Assembly: GCA_030141605.1 (NCBI GenBank) | Contig: JAQGDQ010000018.1 | Coordinates: forward strand, 434,001-498,000 | Direction: 5' to 3' | DNA from: Tubiluchus corallicola | Lineage: Eukaryota; Animalia; Priapulida | DNA: 64,000 nucleotides | In this document: positions 1 through 12,400 of the stretch, piece after piece | Layout: each line of letters begins with the position of its first letter | Numbering within the stretch: position 1 is the stretch's first letter | The notes under the pieces: model-generated | The model's input: only the letters and a program-made list of their open reading frames with translations | What the model was told of the DNA's origin: nothing | Database searches by the model: none | Translations under genes and position numbers: made by a program

Positions 1-313
1 GAGAAGAGAAGGGGAAGACAGAAAGTAAAGTCTTGTACAAAAAGACAGAAGGAGAGAAAGAAAAGTTGTGCCTTAACCGAAATGAGTTTGCGGGCATCCA
101 TGCAGAAGTCAAGGTCATTGGGTTTTGATACCATTTATTAATTTAACTAAAATTCATGAAAATAAAGTTGTAAACTTGCTACATTAATTAAACTGGTGTA
201 ACTTTTTACTAACTTTCAATGATTGTTCGACCACTAGTGACTAGTGCAAGTTTCTCGAAAAATAGTTTCAACAAAGAGATATATGAACATACACATGAAA
301 ATAATGAACGTAC

Positions 314-438
314 CAGTTTGGAGTGACCTGTCAAAAACCTGAATATCTTTCACTTTGTTACTGAGATCGCGTCGAACAATGGTAACAGGTGACTTCAAAT
401 TTTTTTGCACCCGTCTTATGGATCCTCCATCAACTGAC
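314..438 (-). CDS. LRP1: LRP1-like exon: end of propeller 5 (last exon in window)
   Basis: [13 protein letters not shown]...[14 protein letters not shown]; phase 2-1. Confidence 0.88.
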
Positions 439-3400
439 CTGTAACATTTATTGCTAGAGTGCAATTTCGGAGTAAACAGCCTGCACAAAAACTAGTCTGA
501 ATATTATTTCTATACATGAGTTTCACCAAACTAATCACAACAATTTTAAACAATTCTGCCAGTCTATTGTATCATCTTATAGAGTCATTCCTGATAATGG
601 GTAGGGTTCCAGTTCTGCCATAATCATTCAACATTAACGGCCAGATTTGAGTTTGCAATGTACTTAACTGAATAAGTTTTACAATTTGTTAGGGTTGCGA
701 AGAACATATCTCATATAAATAATGACTGTTACGACACATTTGTTATTTAATAATTTTAAGACTATGTAGGCAATTCCTTTTTATCTATAACAGTGAAAAC
801 GGCAAAAATAAAATACAGCTAATAAATTTAAAAAAATAGTTCAAATGACATACAAATGATAAGAAATCAGCAATTCGCTATGTTACAACAATTGCTACCT
901 GATGCAATAAAAAAATCGTCATTGCATTTTTAAAAATGCAATTTCTGACAATTTAAACATGAGATAAGAGGCACTATTGAAAAGTCTGCCACAAAAACGT
1001 AGAATGGACAACTAGCTAACCAAAGATTGTGATCTTATAACCCGAAAAAAGGAAGGCAAATCACTGAAACCTGTATTATGGCATGCCTGATAACGACAGA
1101 TCTATTTTGAAGTACAAATTTAAGCTAATTATTTTTTTACAATGTACTTTGTGTGTTTACTCAAATGCATGCAAATAATTTTTTGCAATGTTTGCACCGC
1201 CATTTTCAAGTTGCTATTTTAAATGTATTTATGAAGAAATTACGCAAAAACTAATAACTGCCCATTTGATGGTCATGATGGATGAATGTAAGAAAAAAAT
1301 GGTGTTATTTCTTTATCAGTCTAAGTAAATAATCGTAAATTTGTTTGACCAAATATTTTTTTACATGGATTGTTTATATTTTCCCTTTATTGTCTATGAA
1401 ATGCTAAAGTGCTGGCAAATATATGCTCCAATCTTATAGTGAAAATTGTGATCACTCGAGTGCTAATTGCATTGTTTAAATAAGAAGTTAATGACAGTTG
1501 TTACACTAAGTGAAATGCAGTTTCTCCCAACAGGGATTATCAGAACTAATGTTCTTACTAGTCACTGTTCATTTTCTTTTCATCACTAGTGAAATTAAGC
1601 AAAAAATAAAACTCACCAGTCAACCCAGTAAACATAATTGCCAAAGACAGTAAGCGTCACAGGGTCCGTAATATTCTCCGGCTCTTGTACAATCACACTG
1701 TGACTTGTATTATCAAAGTGTATTCGTTCTATGGAATTCCTTCGTTTATCGCAGAAATACAAATAATTTCCCTGCAAAAAATAATTCAAGATGAAAAGGA
1801 AGAATTCATATAACAAACATATAGGAGCCGACAGTGAGTATTAAGTATCCGTAATATACTAACCTCATAGTCGACAGTGATGTCACGAATATCTCTGATG
1901 TTAACAGAATACGAACTGTTAATAAGTGTCATAATTTCAGAACCGTCTAGGTAAGCTCTGTGAACAAATTTTCCATCTTCAGTTGTCCAGAATAAGTACC
2001 TAAACAAATAGCAAAAATGCACTGCCATTATAACAATCAATGCAATATTCAAGAGTCAGAACTAAAAATGTTTCAAAAATTGATTAAATTAATAGTTATA
2101 ATTTGCTTTTCATGTCAAATAGTTGATATGTGCCATTACGTGCTAATAATTTTAGCAGTTTGCAAGTACCAAAGAAGTATCTAAACACTCATAAGTATAT
2201 GCTGTCCAAGATGTAAAATGTAATGCGGGTATTTTATTTCATCTGTCCACTGCTTTAATCAGCGACTTTAAATCACAGCTCTTACAACTGCCTTTATACT
2301 TCAGTAGCAACAATAAGAGTTTAAAGTTCTAAAGTACGTGTAAAAACTAACTGTTATTCAGCACAAGTCTTTGCACAAACCTATGGAATTGATTTTGCCC
2401 CAATGCAAAAAATCTACACTTAAGTGATTAATGACTTACCCCATAACGGGATGCACAGCTATACTTTTAGGATGTATTAGCTCAGACAAAACAACAAATC
2501 TGTCTGACCCATTCAAATGACACACTTCAATTAGCCCAAATTCTGTGTCAGTCCAGTAGATATTTCCTAAAAAGATTTTTTTAAAGAAATGAGCTGGTTA
2601 TGTAGTTATCCATACAACATGTAACCTTCATGAACATAGACAACAAACACCACAACAAAGCAAATTATACCAATTTTATTCCTTAAAATACACAGTGTAA
2701 AACTGTGAGAAAAGTTACCTGCTATCCAGTCAACAGCTATGCCACCAACTGTACCAATACCTTCAGTAACTATTTTTTGGAGACCTGTAAGATCACGGTG
2801 AATTCGAGATATAGTACCGCCTGCTGTATCAGCCCAGTATATATAGTCAGCCTCTGCAACGGAAACATTTTTCAGTTAGTATGCAGTCCACGGACACTAG
2901 TGACAATAACATATCCTAGCAAGTTGTGACTATCGCATTAGGCAGTTGAAAATACCATACAATTATAATTACTTATAAGAAATTAAAAAAACAATTTTCT
3001 AGTAACAATGCACATGGCAAAAATACATAAAGTGATAAATAAGGGCAAAGATTACCAAAACACTAGTCAGGCTGAAAATGTCTGCTGCTCGAGTAAAAAC
3101 AAACATTTGTTTTCCGAAATTCAGTAAATGGTACAAAAGAAATAGGAAAACCAACTAGTGCCAATACAACATTTAAATATGGAAAAGAAACAAAAAGCCC
3201 GAACAGTTGAATTTTCCTTCACCAAGATTCTCAAATATTGATGAGCTTTTTACAAACTCTCTGATGCAGCTTGTACAAGTTTCAGCTTAAAGGACAAAAG
3301 GTAGCAAAAAAGTAATGACCTGAATCATAAATACCAGAATGAAAAACATGATAAGCTCTTAGTTATACAAAATGCAAGTAATTTTTGCTGTAGCATTTCA

Positions 3401-6400
3401 ACAAGTGGTTTACACACTGCTAATTTGTGAAATGTGCCTAATAATTAATATAGGCATTAAGTTATAATGACTTATTTTTGCCTGAAAAACAAATATCGGC
3501 TTTAATATCTTGGCATCAGAAATGAGAACACGTGACAATTATTGGTTACGTAGATAGTACTAGCGTTAGATACAATTCATCTAACTTGGCAACCAATTAA
3601 TACACTAAAATGCCAAGTAAACAGTTTTCTACAAAATAGATTGTGTAGAAAAAACAAGTTACACATGAGGTAGAACAGAAAGCCCAACATAAATAGTTTC
3701 TAGTTCCCAACCATATCTCTGTACAAAATCACAGTTAGATTTTAATACCTTTTACATTCCTATCATTTATACAGAACTACAAAATATAGGTAGTATTCTT
3801 AAATTATGTAAGTAAGCACATTTGTTACGAACCCAACAAATCAGTTTAAATCCCTTACGAATCCCAATGTTATGTATATCTAACAAAATATGCTACTTAC
3901 ACAATTTTACACAATTAAAAATTACCTAATGCCAAAGCATGGTTTTTTTAGAAAATTTAACGTACAATTAAATTTTAGAAAAAAGTGAAGCTAAAGCTGA
4001 TAAAAAGCTAGAAATACTTACCGGGATGCATATTTAACAACAAGTGGCGCATGTATGGTACAATTCCTGTTTCTGGATCAGGCCCTTAGTAGAGAGAGAA
4101 AGTAACGAGTCTAATTACACTTGTACAACAAGAAATCTAGAATTTAGGATATAAACTTACCTGCATGTAATACAAATTGTATGTTTTAGAATTGAGTCAG
4201 ACAGACTTCTCAAATAAAAGAGGTCTGCCTATAAGACAATAATACAGTCCAGCGAATATTAAATACAGCTATACCAGTGGTTGATCAATTTCACTTCTGT
4301 TAAAAATTCAAACAAGAAGTGAAACCATTCGTCTATCCACCCAGGTTTAAGTGATAACATTTCCAGCAATAATACTGTGTTTCCACTGATAATGCTAAGG
4401 CAGCATGTGAAATTTATGACAAACGTTAAAATTAATTTGTATGGTACAAATCTCTATAATCTTACCTCTATAATCATGGGGCACTTCCAATGGTAAACCT
4501 GTAGATTTTCTTAATACTCACAGGCCAATGGTAAATGCACCATAAACTATGCTAACTATAAAAACTCTAAATACAGAAAACTATACATAATCTTAGCAAT
4601 ACTAAGTTGGACAAACAAAATCATATACCCAATAAATGAATTAAAATGCACATTAACATCATAATAGTATACGAAATGTATATACAGTAAGTCCTCGTTT
4701 AACAACTTTTTGTTTAGCGATGTTTCATTTTAACGCTGTTAAACATTTCACACCTTTTTCTCACTTAATGACATGTTTCATTTTAATGACATTTTTTTTA
4801 CTTTGCTCAAAGCCATTTCTTATCAACAACATTTTTACCCAATTTGAAGTACCAAAACAGTACATGTAGGCATTAATCTGTTCTAAAAATGCACAGTACA
4901 ATTAGTACAATTATCATTTACGTTTTTGCTTCAGGACAGAATGCTAAATGCTAACCATTTGTACAAAGCGAGATCTATTTGTGATTTATACGCCTCAAGG
5001 TACATGGTTGCAAACTTTATGGGAAGAAATTTTGCCTGCAACCCGTTGCTATAGCAACCATTATCCAGAAGAAATTGTCTTAAGACCTCCCCCAGCTTGG
5101 CTTTTACTATGCAATGTTCAACCACTAATTTTGCAGCTAGGACTTTATCGTTGACAAAAGAGAAACAGCCAGCTAGGTAGTGGTAAGAAAGATAGGTAGT
5201 TTCAAGCAAGCAGAAAGAAATTAATCAACAGCAACATGTATAAAACTCAAGAAACGTTTAATTCATACGAATTAAGTAGCATTGATTTGTGCTTCTGGAA
5301 CATATCTCAATTCTTTTACAATACTTTCTACGGAAGTCTTGGTTTTGTTTAACAATGTTTTGCGTCGCGTTCTGTTGAAATGCATTAGCGCCGTTAATCG
5401 AGGATTTACTGGGATTACCAGCACAAATCACATGTTAATAAAAATCAAGATAAAAATAAGAACAAGAGACACGGCATGAAAATGCTAGAATGCAACAACT
5501 AATTGCAAATTGCACAGATAGAAAAACAAAATAAAATGGGCAATTTCTAAGCAAAATTGTAACTTATCACTAAAAGTGATATTTTTGAAAAAAACTAATA
5601 CTACTTGTGATATATTGTTAGAGTAACAAAAGTCGATGCTATTTATTATAACAAATGAACCACAAATACCACATACTATAAATAAACTACACAACAAAAT
5701 GTAGTGTCTTCTACATGCAACTACATGCTTAATTAGCTATTGACAAACACATCCCACAATTAATATGTATGATTCTTCGAATACTTCCCAAAGTACCAGC
5801 ATGTTTTTCCATTTTTCCTGTGCTTGTAGCGCTTCTTGAAACTTACAAAGCAACACTAAATAATTTTTCAGTACATACAAAAAATTAATACATGCACTGA
5901 CTAAATTTAGTAACACCTGGTTAATCTCAAACAGCATTCACAACACAAGGGTTGCATCACATTCACCAATAAAAATGCCTTTGGGAGCATTTTTCCAAGC
6001 TAAAAACAACAAAATTAAATTTGAAAAAATAAATAAATAAACAGTTGAAAACACGGGCCAGTAGAATAAAAGGAAGATTTGGGGCGATTTAATAAAAGTA
6101 ACACTATAACTTTATAAAGTTTGTTACCTGCATGAAAATCTATGACAGGTGATTCTCCTATTCCTGAAATTGGAGCCAAGGCTTCCAATGCTGTATCATT
6201 GGGATCTAAAGAGTAGCCCAAAATCTCGCTGTTTGTCGACACGATCAAAAATGATTCAATTCCTGCAAAAATGACAAGAATGCCATTTTGTACTTGTTTT
6301 TTAAATGCAATAATATTAACTTAGCTAGTGTGCATTTCCATTCTAGTAGTTTTGTTAAACTGACACAACTGATTAAGAACAGCTTTACATTACATTAGCA

Positions 6401-9400
6401 AACAGTTTGCTTCTGACAAACTTACTTTAGCGTGCAAAATATTTATAGTTTTTTTACACTGTGAAAGAAAAGAATACAGATCATAATTTTTTTCCAGTTA
6501 GAAGGATGGCATAACTACTTCCTATATAAAAAATGCAATATAATGGAGAAAAACCAAAAAAGTTCTTAATTTTGTTAAAACAGCAGTATAAAGCTATTGC
6601 AAAACACTTTATAACACGGGCTAATATTGTAAGGGTTCAAGATTAATATCTCAACAGAAATTACAGAGCAAAAAAACTAAATAATAAACTGTTTACCTGC
6701 CACCCTGAAAAGAACAGATAATAGAAAAATAAACGTAGCAGAAGCAGCAATAGCGTACAGTGGTATCTGGCAGCAAGCGTATAGCTACTGCAGTAAACAA
6801 GTGTAAGCATGTAGCTACTGCACAGAAAAGCTTCACAGAGACTGCCACGAAGATTATGTGAAACAATAAGCCGGCAATGAGTAATGAGCCTTAAGATGTG
6901 TAATGAGTTTAAGTCTAATCAGCATCAAAGCTAGTATTAGACTATTAGCAGGGAGGCAAAAATCTTGTTAAACATGCAGCTAGATAAGATATTAGTATTA
7001 GTAACAAATGAATTGAGATAGAACATTAAAATACAAGGGAAATAATTAAATATGCAAGCAACAGTACAAATGAAAAGTATAGGTGCAGGCAACTTGAAAG
7101 AAATTTTTAGTAAACATAATTTACAAGAACACATATAACTGCAAAAGACAATTTCCAAACAGAAAACACCTTTGTGAAGTGAGATGCACACAAGCAACAA
7201 GTAACCCTTCAGTATGCTTAGTGCAATCAATGACAGTAACCACAGAAAGTGTGGAAAATCCTGAAGTTAAGTCACTAGCATCTCTGTTTAGCTGAAATGT
7301 GTTATGTTTAGCCTAAATTTCAGCCCACTGCTATGTGAATTTTGGACTTTTCAATAGACATTTTCAAGATAAGCATTCCCTAATAGTATTCTGAGCTTGT
7401 CCCTATGCTCCAAATGTTTATCCCTTCTTAAAGTAGCCTTTTACTTTTTTATTTTTTACTGGGGCTAAATGTAGAATGATCTGCTATTCTAACAGGTTTT
7501 CATTCACTCAAATATCAGATGTCTGAAACTGTCAGCAACTCGTTTTCCTTCTTCCTTTAAGCTCTCTTAGCCTGGGAAAATATCAACAGCTACCTGCTTA
7601 CCACCTCATTTTCCCCTACTTTTTAAAACAGACGATTCCCTTTTCAATCACCCAGAAGACAAACTCATTTAAAAAAAATTGCAAGTTCAAACATTTTCAG
7701 AACAATTGTAAATGGAGGTTCAATTGTAATTACATATTATGTTTTCCTTTCTCAACTTTCAGGTTTATTGCTCTTATACCATTGCTATTATTACATCATT
7801 TACTTCATCCTTATTTATATTAAGTTATCTACAGATGCATGCAATCTTTTTTTCATTTAAATAAGGTGAGTGTGTTAATGACCGTATGGTCATACATTCA
7901 CTTTGCACTACTCAAATTATTTTATTTAAAGTTTGTTAATGTGTTTGATATTGTATTTTTGATGTGTGAAATAAAATTCATAGTTCATAGTTCAATAAAA
8001 CAACAGGTTAGTAGGCTTTTCCAAACTTATTCTGACCTTAAACAATAAATTAATCTTTGATACAAAGATAATGACAAGCCATCCAAACAGCATTTTGTTA
8101 ATTATCAGTTAACAAATAACAACTAACAACTATTCACTTTACATGCAAAAATGTACTAATGAAAATGATTTTTGATTATTATAATTTCCATTTTAATTTC
8201 CTTTTCCAAAAGAAAAAGCTCAAGTGTCACATGTAGAACAATCTAGCGACAAGTAATCTGTATTTCTTTTATATAACCTGCCACCAGGAAAATAGTATAA
8301 TAAGACGATAGACATTTTATTTTGCTGACTGATACCAGTGCATCTTTGCTGCTCGTTTCGGCTAAAACCTGCAGTGCATTTGCACACATGCTCTCCAACT
8401 CCAACTGGAATACACAGTTGCGTACAGTTACCATTGCTGTTTGAACACATATTACTGCCTGAAAAACAAGCAAAAATGCCATTATAAACCTATTTTAAGC
8501 ATTTTTGAAATTTTTATTTTTATGCAGCAAGCCCTTACATTTCAAGAAAACAAGCTATAAAAAGATGATTGTAGGAACACTGTTATAAACAATATGGAAG
8601 CTAGAATGTATTTCTGTTGGCTATATTTTCTCAACAAGGTTCTCTTGACCAATTTCAGTAAGCCAGACCATGGAAACTTCCCAAAATTTTGACATAGCGA
8701 ATTTTTGCGAATCTAAATGAAAGGTTATTAAATTTTCGACAATTTTTATCTCAGGTTAAGTACAAAAAATTGCAGAGTCAAAAACTTTCGTAAGGAACAG
8801 AAAAAACAAACAATATGGTTACCTGCATGGCCATTTTTGTCATATATTCGTAAAGACATGACATTAACTGTGCTGTTACTCATAATTTGTAGATTAGATG
8901 CATCCTTATCCATCTTTGCCAATAATCCATTCCATCGATTAGAAAACAGTAATCTTTGAAAACAAAAACACTTTTAGAAACCAATACAAATTTTACTATA
9001 GGAATCTTTCATTACCATCTCTCATTATGTACTAACAATATGCAAAGTGTCACCATTCCTAAAAGTGTTTGACAAAACATTATTTTAAACAATGTTTAGA
9101 CTTTAGATTTATTTTCAACAAAAACAATAACAGGCAGCGAAGCTTGATAAAAAATGACTTACTTATCTTGATACATAGTAAGTGCAAAAGGCTCCACTAG
9201 AGTGTGCTGAGGAGCAATTGTCTGAATATCATCACCATCAGTACTGCAAGACTGAATACTATTGTCCATCATATTCACCCAAAAAACTCTGTCATGTTTG
9301 TAATCGACAGTAATACCTAAATAAACAATAAGTCATTACACAAGTATAAATCCATTGTTAAAGATCTTAATAGTGGAAGTAAAAGTCAGTAAACAGAAGA

Positions 9401-12400
9401 GTTAATTTTTTTTGTGCAGTGATACAGTGACTACTAGAGTACCAGCAAAACACTATTGCTTGCGTGCATTATTACAGAAACCAGCAAATACGAGAAATTG
9501 ATAAATAATACAAAAACAAAATAATAATATAGGAACATTTTGGCCACAGCAACACATACTACATAAACCCAAGATGTTTTGGGCCTTTCTTTTGATTTTT
9601 TTTTAAGTAAACAACCATGGTGCTACACAGTTTCCTGCTTTAGCCAGCACTAAAAACCTTCATTATGCCTGTGGCAAAAACTAATACTTTGAGTTTGAAA
9701 CCACTTACTTGTAGGAAACTTGATATGAGAATTCGTCTGACTGCTTGCTATAAGTTTCCGGTCACTGCCATCCATATTTGCCATGTGAACACTATGATTG
9801 CCACCAACATCCGTCCAATACATCTTGCTAATGAAACATAGTTACATTTAGTTTGATCCTAAGGTTAATCAAGATTAATCAAACTAAATAAGTTTATGTA
9901 CCATTCGCATGGAATAAAATATACAGAGGCAGGCCTCACAATTAAAACACCAAAAGGCAAAATATTGCAGAATACCGATTACGTAATAATTAAATCCTTA
10001 AAAACTTATTTTCAAGATTTGGCTAACAAATACTTACCCATATACAGGATGAACAGCTAAGGAGTATGGTTTTACCAAATCATCTTTAATTAGTACAACT
10101 CTGAATTCTCCCTCCAAAGTGCTTATGCTGATCCTTTGCTTATGGTCATCAAATGAACCAAAAAACATATTCTTAGAAATCCAGTCAATGGCGAATGCAT
10201 AAGGATTTGGGATACCTGCAAGGAATATTTTGAAACTGCTACTCATTTTATTCAAGCCATTTAGTGTTCTTAGTCAAACATGGTTTTTGTTGCTAACATA
10301 TCAGTTCTTAAGTTTCCTTATGCAAATTCAGTGAACTAGCAAGATTTAATTTAGTGGAGGGAAATAATCATTTGAATTAGTCTAAGAAGTTTGTCACATA
10401 CTAAATTTCTGCATAATTGGCTATAAAAAGCAGCTTCTTACTTAGTATATTATTGGTGCTATGTTTGAATCTTGTATAGTTGCTGGATTTATGATCAGTC
10501 ACAAAATTCTAGAGCTAGTTGAAAATATTTTTAAAGTTGACAAATTATTTAAATTACCCGTGTCAATCACAACAGTCTGTCCCGTGCCATTCATGAAAGC
10601 ACGGCTGATCTTATTTGAACTAACATCAGTCCAATAAATCATGTCATTGTCGATGTCGAAATCAACTACAGATGCATTATCCACAGATGTCAGAGATGGC
10701 ATCACAGTAAAGAAGGGGTTGTCTACATCAACACCACGTATTTCCTTCTGCTGACTCACTACTAGCAGTTCAGTTAATCCTGTAAAGATTAAAATGGTTA
10801 CTGTAATTTATTTGTTAAAGCATAATGGCATACTTCACTTTAATGTAATGGTACAAAATTAGTACAATGGTACTAATTGCATTATAAAAAGACAACTTTT
10901 CTCAAAGTAACTAATTATGCAAAGACAGTGAATACAAAGCACAATAACTGGTTCAGTTAATCCTGTAAAGATTAAAATGGTTACTGAAATTTATTTGTTA
11001 AAGCATAATGGCATACTTCACTTTAATGTAATGGTACAAAATTAGTAGAATGGTACTAATTGCATTATAAAAAGACAACTTTTCTCAAAGTAACTAATTA
11101 TGCAAAGACAGTGAATACAAAGCACAATAACTGCACTGGTAGACGTAGTACGTAAAGCCAGGTTGTGAATGATCTGATTGTGTAATTTATTTTTATGGGT
11201 ATTTTAAATGAAAAGTTGTCGTTGTTATCAAGTTTGAAAAGTTACACTCAAATCCAAATATTTCAGTAGATGACAATCAAACATTGGAAACACGATTGTA
11301 AGAATGTCACAACACTGGAAGGAAATGCTAGTCAGAGTGCTAATATTACAAAAATTAGCTCAGAAATTAGTTTTTATTAACTTTAGAATATGCCATAAAT
11401 AATACTTACTAATGCAGTTTTTATTATCATCGCTAAGAGTCCATAAATGCGGACAACGGCAGGCTGGAGTAGAAGCATCACCAATCAGGCACAGATGTGA
11501 ACAACCACCATTGTCCTTAGCACAAGGATTTTTGGCTGAAAAAAGAATGTCGACTTTTAATCAACACACGTTTGAATAACGCAAGTGAAAAATGGATTTT
11601 TATGATGAAATTTGATACATGTAAATACATTATAATGTCAACAACAAATGTGTGTTTCAAAATGAACAGTAATAGAATAACTCTAAATAGTCTAATAATC
11701 ATGTGTCAGAATTCTGGAAAGTACACACACACCAAGGTACAGAAATTTTCAGTTTTACAATTTTCAATGACTACGTGAACTTCAATGCACTTTGCTGCCA
11801 AGTCTGCAGAATCTACTAAGCCTATATCCATCAAGCTCATTATACTTTCCATCCTGGCATGTGGAAAAACAAGTACATACAAATGCTTAACCTGTTTACT
11901 TTGTTTAACGCTAAAGACTCCTTAGATATTAATAACTATAGACCTATATCATTATTACCTTTTTTCTCAAAAATCATAGAAAAAATTGTCCATAAAAGAT
12001 TATTAGACTACTTGTCTATACATAATGTACTTTAGTATGGTTTTAGAAATGGTAGTTCTACACAGCTAACCCTAATTAACATAATAAATAACATAATTCA
12101 TTAGAACAAAACACTGTTGCCATTGGCATTTTTTGCAATCTCTCTAAGGCCTTTGATACAGTCAATCATGATGTTTTGCTAGATAAGTTATTTCACTATG
12201 GCATTAGGGGTAGCATACTCATGGTTTGCTAATTACCTCAAGGGCTGAACTCAAGTAGTCAGGTTGTAACGCATGTCCTTTCCAATGGAGCAATAGTCAC
12301 ACATGAAGCACACCCCAGGGATCTATTTTAGGACCTCTGTTGTCTTTAATATGCATTAATGACTTACAAAACTGTATTACTGACAATGGAAATTTCTTCC

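Noticed and set aside
4275-4296. 22-nt AG-GT segment pairing with the 68-nt candidate to restore frame
   Set aside because: The intervening intron would be only 46 nt and the combined frame still hits TGA
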